From a virus, in IMG/VR virus record IMGVR_UViG_3300015244_001866, positions 1 to 64,000 of that record: DNA of 64,000 nt, one strand, 5' to 3'. Below the pieces are notes generated by a model. It saw only the letters and a program-made list of their open reading frames with translations. It was not told where the DNA came from and did not search any database. Position 1 is the stretch's first letter. Every line of letters starts with the position of its first letter. Below, piece after piece: positions 9,647 through 19,332 of the stretch. Both the position numbers and the translations under genes were made by a program.

Positions 9647-10828
9647 ATGTCACAACTATTAAATGAAAGATGGTCAGAGACCAGAGACGCTCTGCTTGAA
9701 GGCCTATCAGGTAACCGTAAAGCATCTATGCAAGTTTGCTTAGAGAACACACGCAGGTACTTGACAGAAGCCGCCACAGCAGGTGCAACAAGTTCTGGTA
9801 ATGTAGCAACACTAAACCGTGTTATTCTACCAGTTATTCGTCGCGTAATGCCAACTGTTATTGCCAATGAAATCATCGGTGTACAACCAATGACTGGCCC
9901 AGTTGGTCAAATCCACACTCTACGTGTTCGCTATGCTGATACCAGCAGTGGCGATGGCATTGTAGCAGGTGAAGAAGCATTGAGCCCATTCAAGATTGCT
10001 AGTGCTTATTCTGGTAACAACAATGACACAACTCCAAGAGCAAACTCAACAAGTGCTTTAGAAGGTCAACCAGGTAAGCGTATGAGCATTCAGATCTTGA
10101 AAGCATCAGTCGAAGCTAAGAGCCGCAAGCTATCAGCTCGTTGGACTTTTGAGGCTGCTCAAGATGCACAAGCTCAACAAGGTATTGACATCGAAGCTGA
10201 AATCATGGCCGCACTGGCACAAGAAATCACTGCTGAGATTGATCAAGAGATCTTAACAAGCCTACGTTCTTTAGCCAGCGTAGAAGAAACATATGATCAG
10301 TCATTAGTTTCTGGTACAGCTACATTCGTTGGTGACGAGCACGCCGCTCTAGCTATCCAAATCAACCGCGTAAGTAATTTGATTGCTCAAAGAACACGCC
10401 GTGGTGCTGGTAACTGGGCAGTTGTTTCTAATCAGGCATTGACAATTCTACAAAGCGCAACTACTTCTGCTTTTGCTCGCACTACAGAAGGTACTTTTGA
10501 AGCACCTACAAACACTAAGTTTGTTGGTACATTGAATGGTGCAATGAGAATTTATGTTGATGCTTATAAAGTAGATACAGACAGTAACAACCAAATTCTA
10601 ATTGGTTATAAAGGTCCTAGCGAGGCAGATGCTGCCGCGTTCTATTGCCCATATATTCCTTTGATGAGTTCTGGTGTTGTTTTAGATCCAGCTACATTTG
10701 AGCCAGTAGTTGGCTTCCTAACACGCTATGGCTATGTTGAACTAAACAACACAGCTTCTAGCTTAGGCAATGCCGCTGACTACCTAGGTAAAGTAGCTAT
10801 TAACTACAATACAGTAAGCTTCAAGTAA
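9647..10828 (+). CDS. gp23: Major capsid protein (T4 gp23-like)
   Basis: Motifs IGVQPMTGPVGQI, AKSRKLSARWTFEAAQD, EITAEIDQE, AFYCPYIPL and TFEPVVGFLTRYG. Confidence 0.98.
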   Translation: MSQLLNERWSETRDALLEGLSGNRKASMQVCLENTRRYLTEAATAGATSSGNVATLNRVILPVIRRVMPTVIANEIIGVQPMTGPVGQIHTLRVRYADTSSGDGIVAGEEALSPFKIASAYSGNNNDTTPRANSTSALEGQPGKRMSIQILKASVEAKSRKLSARWTFEAAQDAQAQQGIDIEAEIMAALAQEITAEIDQEILTSLRSLASVEETYDQSLVSGTATFVGDEHAALAIQINRVSNLIAQRTRRGAGNWAVVSNQALTILQSATTSAFARTTEGTFEAPTNTKFVGTLNGAMRIYVDAYKVDTDSNNQILIGYKGPSEADAAAFYCPYIPLMSSGVVLDPATFEPVVGFLTRYGYVELNNTASSLGNAADYLGKVAINYNTVSFK

Positions 10829-10847
10829 TCTTAGATTACAAGAAAAC

Positions 10848-10872
10848 AAAGGGCTCTTCGGAGCCCTTTTTT
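10848..10872 (+). terminator. Rho-independent terminator after the major capsid gene
   Basis: AAAGGGCTC-TTCG-GAGCCCTTT followed by a T-run. Confidence 0.92.
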
Positions 10873-10882
10873 ATTTTACCAA

Positions 10883-10963
10883 TAAATATATTGTCTAAAA
10901 AGATTGTAGCGGTGCCAAACCGCGCAGTGGCTAGAACCCGCATTAACTTAAGGAGAAATCAAA
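10883..10963 (+). promoter_or_regulatory. Late promoter plus structured 5' leader
   Basis: TAAATA at 10883; stem GCGGT/ACCGC with loop GCCAA complementary to downstream TGGC; SD AAGGAG. Confidence 0.5.
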
Positions 10964-11503
10964 ATGGCAAAAGGAATGAAAATTGCAAAAGGCAATACAA
11001 TACAAATAGATTCAGCAATTGGTCCAGAAACAGTTACAATTTATTCAGCAACTGGAACTAACACTACAACTTTTCTAGGTGGAGTAGGTGGAGAACCAAC
11101 AGCAGTAACAGCAGTATTAACAATTAAATGTTCATACAAGACATCGGGTGGTATATCAAAGACAGACGGCTTTATTGTTAAACAACGCGGTCGCAAGTTG
11201 TTTGATGTACAGAGCGATTTTGACACAGCTAACCCCTTAGTAAGTACAACTCGTACTCGCGCAACACTGACCGCAGTAGCCGCAGGTAGTCTAGCGGCTA
11301 GTCAAATGAGTATTAAGGCGCTTACCCCATCTGGTATTCTTTTCTACGCAACTAGAATTTCAAACAGATTTGTTTGGAACGGTGATACTCGATATCGTTA
11401 CACAGTAATAGATGCAACACAATTATCTTTTATCAGTACATACGATCTAGGTACAGTAATGCCCGACGGCGTTACCGGTCTAGCACTTGTTGAAGGTCAG
11501 TAA
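10964..11503 (+). CDS. Hypothetical virion protein, possibly capsid decoration
   Basis: 179-aa stand-alone unit right after the capsid gene, with its own promoter, strong SD and terminator. Confidence 0.6.
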   Translation: MAKGMKIAKGNTIQIDSAIGPETVTIYSATGTNTTTFLGGVGGEPTAVTAVLTIKCSYKTSGGISKTDGFIVKQRGRKLFDVQSDFDTANPLVSTTRTRATLTAVAAGSLAASQMSIKALTPSGILFYATRISNRFVWNGDTRYRYTVIDATQLSFISTYDLGTVMPDGVTGLALVEGQ

Positions 11504-11521
11504 TACTTCTTTGATAATGGT

Positions 11522-11548
11522 AAGGGCTCTTAGGAGCCCTTTCTTTTT
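11522..11548 (+). terminator. Rho-independent terminator, near-copy of the capsid terminator
   Basis: AAGGGCTC-TTAG-GAGCCCTT followed by TCTTTTT. Confidence 0.88.
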
Positions 11549-11564
11549 GTAGGTAAATACTCAC

Positions 11565-12065
11565 ATGCCCACTTCTTGGTTTTTTCCCTCTATTGTAACT
11601 GAATATGCTGAAGTTGAAGAACATGTTTCTTGGAACAACGTTGGCAATAATTTTACTCAAATAAACAAAATTTCAACAACTAAGAATCTGTTACACATTG
11701 CTAATCTCTTGGTAAATGATATTAAAATGAAAACAAGATTTTTAATATGTACTGGATTTAATTGGAATAATTTACCTCAAAATATTTCTGGTATAGAAGT
11801 ATATGTTGGTCTTAGACGACAGGGTAGAATAACAGATGATACTATACAATTATATCATAATCAAAGTATCGGTGATAACAAAGCAACTTATGATCTAGCC
11901 GCAGTTAAAACCTACGGAGGAGAAAATGATCTATGGGGACTAGGCTCTATTCCTGCCTCAAATTTAGATGTTAATTTTGGAATAATATTGCGATACCAAA
12001 GTCATCCAAGTTTCCCGCATTCCGCTGCCCCTATAATGGACCATGTTCAATTACGTGTATGGTAA
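11565..12065 (+). CDS. Hypothetical beta-rich virion protein, leaderless
   Basis: 166-aa ORF; TAAATA-N5-ATG; TYGGENDLWG and DHVQLRVW suggest a beta-sandwich. Confidence 0.6.
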   Translation: MPTSWFFPSIVTEYAEVEEHVSWNNVGNNFTQINKISTTKNLLHIANLLVNDIKMKTRFLICTGFNWNNLPQNISGIEVYVGLRRQGRITDDTIQLYHNQSIGDNKATYDLAAVKTYGGENDLWGLGSIPASNLDVNFGIILRYQSHPSFPHSAAPIMDHVQLRVW

Positions 12066-12092
12066 CGATAAATAACTTAAAGGACCATTTTA

Positions 12093-13076
12093 ATGCTAAC
12101 CGATGTAGTTAAAGTAACTGGAAATTACACAATTCGAGCCAATAACGGCACCGTTACAGTTAATGCACCTGAAACTTTTGTTACAGGTAATCTAAGAGTT
12201 GATGGTGATGTGATTCATCTCGGCACATGGACTAGTATTACTGTACAGGATACTATCATTAGAGATAATCTTATTACTTTAAACAGTGGTGAAGTAGGCA
12301 CAGGCATAACTGCCGATGGAAATTTTGCAGGACTTAAAATTGCTCGAGGAAATAATGATGCCAACTCAGTTGCGGCATTTTTTGTTTATCAAGAAGATAC
12401 ATTTACTACACAGTTTGGTACAGCAGAAGGTATTTGGCAATTTGGCGACCTAGGGCAGGTTGGACAAGCTATTAGAGTATCAGCTATTGTAACACCCCCT
12501 CTCCTTGGAACACTAACGATATTTGGTAGTTTTAATCCAGATGGTATGATCAGTGTTAAAGGTACAACTGATTATCATTTAAATGTTACAGACGATGATG
12601 ACATTCCAAATAAGAGATACGTTGATAACCTAATTGGTACGTCTGAATTAGCTAAAAAATTAATTGTTGGTAATACGTTTATTCAGTTAGGTGATAATTC
12701 AATATCAACTACTACTGCTTATTATACTACAACAAATAAAATTGTAGCAGCCTTAGGTGGCGCAGGTAATGTAGTATTAAAACTTGAAGGAACTTCCGCA
12801 CAGTTCTACGGACTAGAGTTACTAGGTACTAGAATTCGAGCAGTAACTAATAATACCAATATTTCTATAGAACCCTCAGGTACAGGCACAGTCTTTGTCA
12901 GTAGCGGAATTCAATTGTTGAACTATGGTGGTCCTTCAGTTGCATCTGGATACACAGGAATATTTTCAACTAGTACAGTAGGTGCTGGTGGTACAGGATT
13001 GTATTATGTAAATAATATTGACTCTGATGAACTAGTAAGTAAAAGACGTAGTATTATCTACGGTATAATTTTTTAA
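12093..13076 (+). CDS. Virion structural protein
   Basis: 327 aa; late promoter at 12069; IRDNLITLNSGE fibre-type motif; Thr/Gly-rich. Confidence 0.65.
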   Translation: MLTDVVKVTGNYTIRANNGTVTVNAPETFVTGNLRVDGDVIHLGTWTSITVQDTIIRDNLITLNSGEVGTGITADGNFAGLKIARGNNDANSVAAFFVYQEDTFTTQFGTAEGIWQFGDLGQVGQAIRVSAIVTPPLLGTLTIFGSFNPDGMISVKGTTDYHLNVTDDDDIPNKRYVDNLIGTSELAKKLIVGNTFIQLGDNSISTTTAYYTTTNKIVAALGGAGNVVLKLEGTSAQFYGLELLGTRIRAVTNNTNISIEPSGTGTVFVSSGIQLLNYGGPSVASGYTGIFSTSTVGAGGTGLYYVNNIDSDELVSKRRSIIYGIIF

Positions 13077-13086
13077 GGTAAGACAT

Positions 13087-13413
13087 ATGGCAATCAATAA
13101 CGTAAATGTAGCTACTACAGGAAGTGTAGTTTTTCTTTCATCGGGTAACCAAGCAATTACTACAATTATTTTTTGTAATAATGATGCATCAACTACGGCA
13201 AATATTAATGTATATGCAGTTCCTTATAATGGCGGCGCTGGTATAGTTGGAACAGGTACAATTATATTAAAGAATCTTTCTTTACCTGCTGAAGAAACAT
13301 TCGTTATGGACACAGAAAAATTAATTTTAGCAAATGGTGATAAGATTGTTGCAACAGCAATAAGTGGCGTAGCTAACAGTGTGGTTGCAACTATAAGCTC
13401 TGTAGGCATATAA
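13087..13413 (+). CDS. Small beta-sandwich virion protein, paralogous to 18949-19332
   Basis: Pattern TTIIFCNN...LSLPAEET...KLILANGDKIVA. Confidence 0.65.
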   Translation: MAINNVNVATTGSVVFLSSGNQAITTIIFCNNDASTTANINVYAVPYNGGAGIVGTGTIILKNLSLPAEETFVMDTEKLILANGDKIVATAISGVANSVVATISSVGI

Positions 13414-14156
13414 TGAAATTTATAAAAAGATTAGCCCTTAATAGAAAAGATCCTATGAGCAATCGATTCGCTGTGCAGGCGGACGATCGTATTGTTACTA
13501 CTAGTAAAGTATCTTTACAACTACCGTCTGGCACCACCGGCGATCGCCCTAGCGGAACAGGTGATGGTAGAGTTCGGTTTAATACAACTAAAAATGAAAC
13601 TGAAATTTATAATGCAAATGGCACAGGACAAAATGCCTGGGATAGTCCTTGGGAACAAGTTTTAACTAATAGACAACATGCTATAACAGTTCAAAATTTA
13701 GGAGTTGGAGATGCACTCAATTCTTTTTTTGGCCCATTAGCCTATGATATTGACACATCAAAGCCACAAAACATTTTAGTTTTTATTGAAAACGTTTGGC
13801 AAACTCCTAATACAAATTATACATTGTTACCAGGAACATTGACTAATACTAGTACGTTTCTTGCTTTGGTTGCTAGTACTGGATCAACAACATTAACCGT
13901 AGCAACATTAACTAACATTATCATTGGGATGACTGTAACCGGCCCTGGATCTCAATTTGCTGGCAACACAACTGTGACTAGTATTGTTACGGCCACTCAA
14001 GCTGTTGGCATTAGCCTAGCAACCTTACAGGCAATATCAACCTCTACGCTGGTAACATTTAGTGAAACCGCAGGAACTTTTATACAATTTGACGGCCCAG
14101 TCCCCTGGGCTAAACCAGTATATGCTATACTGGGCCTCGACGGCTATAGTCCCTAA
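13413..14156 (+). CDS. Virion structural protein
   Basis: LQLPSGTTGDRPS...GRVRFNTT fibre-type motif and an ILVFIENVWQTP domain; translationally coupled (TAATG). Confidence 0.65.
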   Translation: MKFIKRLALNRKDPMSNRFAVQADDRIVTTSKVSLQLPSGTTGDRPSGTGDGRVRFNTTKNETEIYNANGTGQNAWDSPWEQVLTNRQHAITVQNLGVGDALNSFFGPLAYDIDTSKPQNILVFIENVWQTPNTNYTLLPGTLTNTSTFLALVASTGSTTLTVATLTNIIIGMTVTGPGSQFAGNTTVTSIVTATQAVGISLATLQAISTSTLVTFSETAGTFIQFDGPVPWAKPVYAILGLDGYSP

Positions 14157-14180
14157 ACTTTGATAAAACCAGGGTTTCGA

Positions 14181-14281
14181 TAAATACTTCGATGCCGAAT
14201 GGTTTGGCAGATCTAACTGTGGTAAACCCGCAATGTAAGGTGGTTCTCAGGTGAAATACCTGAAGTATAGGAGCTCTTAGC
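14181..14281 (+). promoter_or_regulatory. Late promoter plus ~90-nt structured 5' leader
   Basis: TAAATA at 14181; three hairpins (14193-14209, 14218-14232, 14247-14263); SD AGGAG at 14269. Confidence 0.55.
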
Positions 14282-17200
14282 ATGGCCGTTGGTCGCATAT
14301 CCGGTCCGTTACTCGCGCAGAATTTATTCCGTGATAATGTACCACTGGCCTTTTACAATACTTCAAGTACTGAATCTCCTGTACTTTATCTAGATGTATC
14401 TACTGGTCAAGTAGGCATAAAAAATAATGCGCCGTCGTATAGTTTAGACGTCGGCGGCACAGTTAATGCTTCTGCACTAAGAACTGTATATTCAGGCCCA
14501 GGAACTGGCCAAGCAACTCTTGGTAGAGTGTTTGTTTCAAGCGGAACAATTTCTACAACGTTGGGCGCACTGACAATTAAACCTAGTGGCTCTGAACCTA
14601 CTGTATTAGATTCTGCTGTAACTGCTACAGGTATAGTACGTATAACCGCAGGTATAGATGCTGTAAATTCTTTTACTGGCAGTTTAATTGTCAATGGCGG
14701 CCTCGGTGTTCAAGGCACGTCTTACATACATGGAATTACTAATCTAACTGGCGGCACCAACTCTTTATCACCTCAAGACGGTCAACTTGTAGTCGATGGT
14801 GGAGTAGGCATTAGCCAAGATCTTCGAGTTGGTGGTATCATTTATGGTGTAATTAGCACTTCAACAATTGCTACATTTAGTACCTATGCTGATTACATTA
14901 ACATGACATCAGCAACTGCCGGTGACTATTTTCCAGTACTAGCAGGTGCCACAGGTGGATATATTGCACCTCAAGGTAATACTCAATTTACGTTTCAATT
15001 AGACGCTGGACGATTAAGAACTCCGTTATTGATTGTTACTAGTTCAACAAATTCACTAGGAACTACTAGCGGATCTCTAATAGTCACTGGCGGCGCTGGG
15101 ATCAGCGGTAACTTGTATGTAGGCCAAAAAGTTGTTGTACAAGCAGGCACCCAATCTACAAGTACAACCACAGGCGCACTGACTGTAACAGGTGGTGTTG
15201 GCATAACTGGTAATTTAAATGTAGGTGGGGATATCCATGCAATTGGTAACATCACCGCTGAGGGAAATATACAACTTGGTAATAGTACCGGTACTGATAC
15301 ACTTATTGTTGAAGCAGAAATTGACAGTGACTTAATACCAAAAGTTTCTAGCACCTACAACATTGGTACAGAAACTAATGTATGGAAAACTGGATATTTT
15401 GATCAGTTATATTCAAATATATTAGCCAGTCAATCAGGCGCAGTCTCAATTAATCCTGCTAACAATTTACTTGATGTTAATGCTAATATTAGAGTTAATG
15501 GTACAATGCCATTGGGTACTGCACCAGTTGTTACAAATATTTTATATGTAACAGAAGATGGTAATGACACCAACGATGGCCGAGCTGAAGATGCAAGCCG
15601 TGCTTGCCGTACTATCAGTGGTGCTGTTAGTAGTCCTTATTATACCCCAGGTACCAGTATTCGAGTCGCACCTGGTAAGTACCTTGAACAAAATCCAATC
15701 TTATTACTTCCATATACCAGTATCATTGGTAGTGATTTAAGAACCACAGTCATACAACCAATTAATAAAACACAGGATTTGTTCCATGTACAGAGTGGCT
15801 GCTATATATTTGGAATGCAATTTTTAAATGGACGCAGTGGAGTTCTACCTGGAATTTATGCTAACGGATACAATAGAGGAGCATATACAGTTGCGTTTCC
15901 TCCGCAGGTAGGCGGTGCAAAGATAGACACCTTTCACAGTCCTTATGTGCAGAACTGTACAAATCAAACAGGACCTTGGCTAGCAGACGGAACCATGTTC
16001 CAACCTAATCAAACAGTGCAAGTTCCGTCAGCTGTTGGTACAGGTACTTGGGTATCGAACACAACAACTATGATAGTTAAAGTGAGCACTGGAACAATTA
16101 TTGCTGGAATGAGTATCAACAACGGACAACAAAATCCAGGATTTTTTAATGCCCGAACTTTACTACTAGCAAACAAATCATTTATACAAGAACAAACTGT
16201 TACGTATGTTAATCAAACATATCCAATGTTCGAATATCAACAGGCAAAATGTTTCCGTGATGTTGGTATCATATTAGAAAATGTTGCCTATGACAGTGCA
16301 TTTGGCGGTAATGAAAAATCAGTAGAAGCGGGGCTATCCTATTACAATGGGGTAGCTTCTGTAATATCAGGGCAAGAGCCGCAAACAGTTGCAGCCATTA
16401 ATTATATCAACACACTATCCCAGATTATTATTAGTAATACTACAGCAACTGATTTATTGTCAGGCTCGGGTTTATACCAGCAAGTGATTAATACTGCTCT
16501 AATTGGCGGATCTATATCTTCTCAAAGCATTTCTAATAACATTAACATTATTACAAATATAATAAATTCAGGAACTAATGTAGCTCCAACAATCTATAAG
16601 GGTGCCGGACCAGATGCAGGTAATGTAAGTGCTGAAATACTATTGCAAGCCAACCGAACATTTATTCAAAATGAAGTTATTGCATGGATTACAACCACAT
16701 ACCCTACATTTGTATATAACACATCAACTTGTTATAGAGATGTCGGATTAATTGTTGATGCAGTCAGCCAAGACATATTATTAGGCGGTAACAGCAAGAG
16801 TATAGAGTCGGGATTATCTTACTGGACCGGCGGGTATAATCAAATCTTAGGACAAGAATCTACTACAACCGCGGCCATTTCTCATGCTAAGGATGTGTCA
16901 TTAAGCATCATTGCAAATCAAAGTTACACACCAACTGGAGGAAATACCAGCACACAAATTATTAATACATTCTTCGGAAATGGTTTCTTAGCATCAGACG
17001 CAGTATCGAGAAATTTTGATATTATCAATACAATTATTATAGGAGGTCCTGCGTCTGCTCCTATAAATTATCGTGGCGGCGGACTGTTTGCCTCAACAGG
17101 CGTCCAAATTGAAGAAACAAAATATGCTCCGAGGATACTAACACAAACTTCCTTAGGTAGCAACAATTATCAAATTACCATAGATACTCCCACAATAGGT

Positions 17201-18937
17201 TTTGGCACAAACGCTACGTTGTATTTTGGAAATACAACAGTATATCCATTACTAGATTCTGAAGTTCCAAATTTATGGGCACAGAGAAGAATTGATACCA
17301 ACGGTGGCATGGGCGGCATGTTAGTAGATGGCAGCGTAGTTAGTGATCGTAGTCCTGTAGGATCTATGGTGCTCAATGCTTTTACGCAAGTAAGCCAAGG
17401 CGGTCGAGGCATACATATTATCAATAATGGATATGCACAACTAGTTTCTATCTTTACAATTTTCTGCAATGTTGCAGTTGAAGTAGGTAGCGGCGGCATT
17501 GCCAGTATAACAAATTCTAACAGTAACTTTGGCGATGTTTGTCTAGTAGCCAAGGGCTACGGAAGTAGAGAATTTAGTGGTACTGCATATAATCCATCCT
17601 ACCCAGCATTTATTGACAATGGACAATATTATCCGAATGGATATTTTCCTCAAAATGGAGAAGTATTAATCTTTGTTCCAGACACTGCCAAGAGACCACA
17701 TATTTCTTTAGTAATGGAAGTTGAGCCCTCATTGACCTATGTAAATGATCAAGGATTCCCAGGATTTTTAACAGCCGTACCAAATGTAGCAACCTTGACT
17801 ACAGGTTCAATAACTATTTCAGGAATAACAACTGACGATATAGCCATAGGGCAAACTGTGTATATTAGAGATCAATTTGGTTATCAGAGAGAAAATTCTG
17901 GAACTGGTAATTTATATATAGACACAGGTACTGTGGTAACAGACGTAGGCTATCAAAGCATTACTTTAAGTAAAGGACTAACAGGTGGTGGCGGAGAAGC
18001 TAACAATCCTAACTACTTTACAATATATACTGCGGGCAACGCCTACTATACTGTGTTGTCTAGCGCACTATATGATAATCCGGTGCCTGTAGGTAACAGT
18101 ATGATCTCTGGGCAGATAGTTGCAGAAACTAATGCACTATCATTTATTAATTTCTTAGTTACTAAGGTAATTTCTAACGTAAGCACAGCAACAACATATT
18201 CTACTGCTACTCAAACAATATTGCCGGCCGTAGCAGGCGGGTCAGGATCCCAGTCATTTATTGCCGCTAGACTAGCCATCATAGACAACATACAACAAAA
18301 CGGCGTTGGGGCAGCACCGGCAATAACTACAACAGGAACAATTGCCTCTGGAGCAGGTAGCGCCATAACTTTAATTAAAGCAAATAGAGAATTTATTGCC
18401 CAAGAAACTGTAAGTTACGTGCAATCAGTTTATCCATTATTAAATTTTGATAATAACAAATGTGCTAGAGATGTTAGATTAACCCTACAACAGATAATAT
18501 ATGATTTAGAAACGGGCGGGAACTATTACAGTGTCTATGCAGGACTAAGTTATTGGAGTAGGGCAGGTACATATCACCTGGTACAACTTGGCGAAAATTT
18601 AAGCAATCCTGCACTATTTCAAGACGGCATAACAGTTAATTTCTATCAACGAAGTTACATGAGTGCATCAGGTTATACATTTGAATATGTAGGTGCGGGA
18701 ATGAACTACGGAAGCCTGCCGCAGGTAGGAAGAACGGATCCTGTACAGACTAAAGAAGTGCTACAACTTGATGGCGGAAAAGTATTCTTTACAAGTACAG
18801 ACCAAAATGGAGATTTTAGAATTGGCCCAGGACTGGTAATCAGTCAGGCCACTGGAGTGTTAAGTGGTAGAACATTTACTAAGTCATTGTTTGCTAATCT
18901 TACACCGTTTATATTAGCAATTGAAGCTGGAAGCTAA
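14282..18937 (+). CDS. Large virion structural protein with fibre repeats, a probable beta-helix region and three C-x-R-D helical repeats
   Basis: 1551 aa. N-terminal G(A/S)LxVxGGxGI repeats; YVTEDGNDTNDG...RTI...VAPGKYLE, typical of the start of phage parallel beta-helix domains; KCFRD, TCYRD and KCARD repeats. Confidence 0.75.
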   Translation: MAVGRISGPLLAQNLFRDNVPLAFYNTSSTESPVLYLDVSTGQVGIKNNAPSYSLDVGGTVNASALRTVYSGPGTGQATLGRVFVSSGTISTTLGALTIKPSGSEPTVLDSAVTATGIVRITAGIDAVNSFTGSLIVNGGLGVQGTSYIHGITNLTGGTNSLSPQDGQLVVDGGVGISQDLRVGGIIYGVISTSTIATFSTYADYINMTSATAGDYFPVLAGATGGYIAPQGNTQFTFQLDAGRLRTPLLIVTSSTNSLGTTSGSLIVTGGAGISGNLYVGQKVVVQAGTQSTSTTTGALTVTGGVGITGNLNVGGDIHAIGNITAEGNIQLGNSTGTDTLIVEAEIDSDLIPKVSSTYNIGTETNVWKTGYFDQLYSNILASQSGAVSINPANNLLDVNANIRVNGTMPLGTAPVVTNILYVTEDGNDTNDGRAEDASRACRTISGAVSSPYYTPGTSIRVAPGKYLEQNPILLLPYTSIIGSDLRTTVIQPINKTQDLFHVQSGCYIFGMQFLNGRSGVLPGIYANGYNRGAYTVAFPPQVGGAKIDTFHSPYVQNCTNQTGPWLADGTMFQPNQTVQVPSAVGTGTWVSNTTTMIVKVSTGTIIAGMSINNGQQNPGFFNARTLLLANKSFIQEQTVTYVNQTYPMFEYQQAKCFRDVGIILENVAYDSAFGGNEKSVEAGLSYYNGVASVISGQEPQTVAAINYINTLSQIIISNTTATDLLSGSGLYQQVINTALIGGSISSQSISNNINIITNIINSGTNVAPTIYKGAGPDAGNVSAEILLQANRTFIQNEVIAWITTTYPTFVYNTSTCYRDVGLIVDAVSQDILLGGNSKSIESGLSYWTGGYNQILGQESTTTAAISHAKDVSLSIIANQSYTPTGGNTSTQIINTFFGNGFLASDAVSRNFDIINTIIIGGPASAPINYRGGGLFASTGVQIEETKYAPRILTQTSLGSNNYQITIDTPTIGFGTNATLYFGNTTVYPLLDSEVPNLWAQRRIDTNGGMGGMLVDGSVVSDRSPVGSMVLNAFTQVSQGGRGIHIINNGYAQLVSIFTIFCNVAVEVGSGGIASITNSNSNFGDVCLVAKGYGSREFSGTAYNPSYPAFIDNGQYYPNGYFPQNGEVLIFVPDTAKRPHISLVMEVEPSLTYVNDQGFPGFLTAVPNVATLTTGSITISGITTDDIAIGQTVYIRDQFGYQRENSGTGNLYIDTGTVVTDVGYQSITLSKGLTGGGGEANNPNYFTIYTAGNAYYTVLSSALYDNPVPVGNSMISGQIVAETNALSFINFLVTKVISNVSTATTYSTATQTILPAVAGGSGSQSFIAARLAIIDNIQQNGVGAAPAITTTGTIASGAGSAITLIKANREFIAQETVSYVQSVYPLLNFDNNKCARDVRLTLQQIIYDLETGGNYYSVYAGLSYWSRAGTYHLVQLGENLSNPALFQDGITVNFYQRSYMSASGYTFEYVGAGMNYGSLPQVGRTDPVQTKEVLQLDGGKVFFTSTDQNGDFRIGPGLVISQATGVLSGRTFTKSLFANLTPFILAIEAGS

Positions 18938-18948
18938 AAGGAAATATT

Positions 18949-19332
18949 ATGGCATTAATACCATTAAACACATTTAAAACAAAAACTGCGGTATTAACTA
19001 CTAATACCACAGCCACAATCTATACAGCTCCTATTGGAGTAACCAGTATTATTTTAATGGCACAGGTAGCAAATATTACTACACAGACTCATACAATTAC
19101 CTTTAGCCATCATAGAAGACTAGCAGTATTAGCTGACAGTCAAGGTAACGGATCGCAGGCAGCTGACACTACTACAGAAATGATTAAAAATTTTGCAATT
19201 CCGGCCAGCGACTCAGCTAGTATGACTACTGGAAAAATGATTATTGAAAGTTTAGACAGTATTAGAGCCAGTGCATCATCAAACAATGTATTAAAAATTA
19301 CATTGAGCGTACTAGAGACAGCAAATGCCTAA
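18949..19332 (+). CDS. Small beta-sandwich virion protein
   Basis: 127 aa; IYTAPIGVTSIILMAQVAN...KMIIESLDSIRA. Confidence 0.65.
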   Translation: MALIPLNTFKTKTAVLTTNTTATIYTAPIGVTSIILMAQVANITTQTHTITFSHHRRLAVLADSQGNGSQAADTTTEMIKNFAIPASDSASMTTGKMIIESLDSIRASASSNNVLKITLSVLETANA

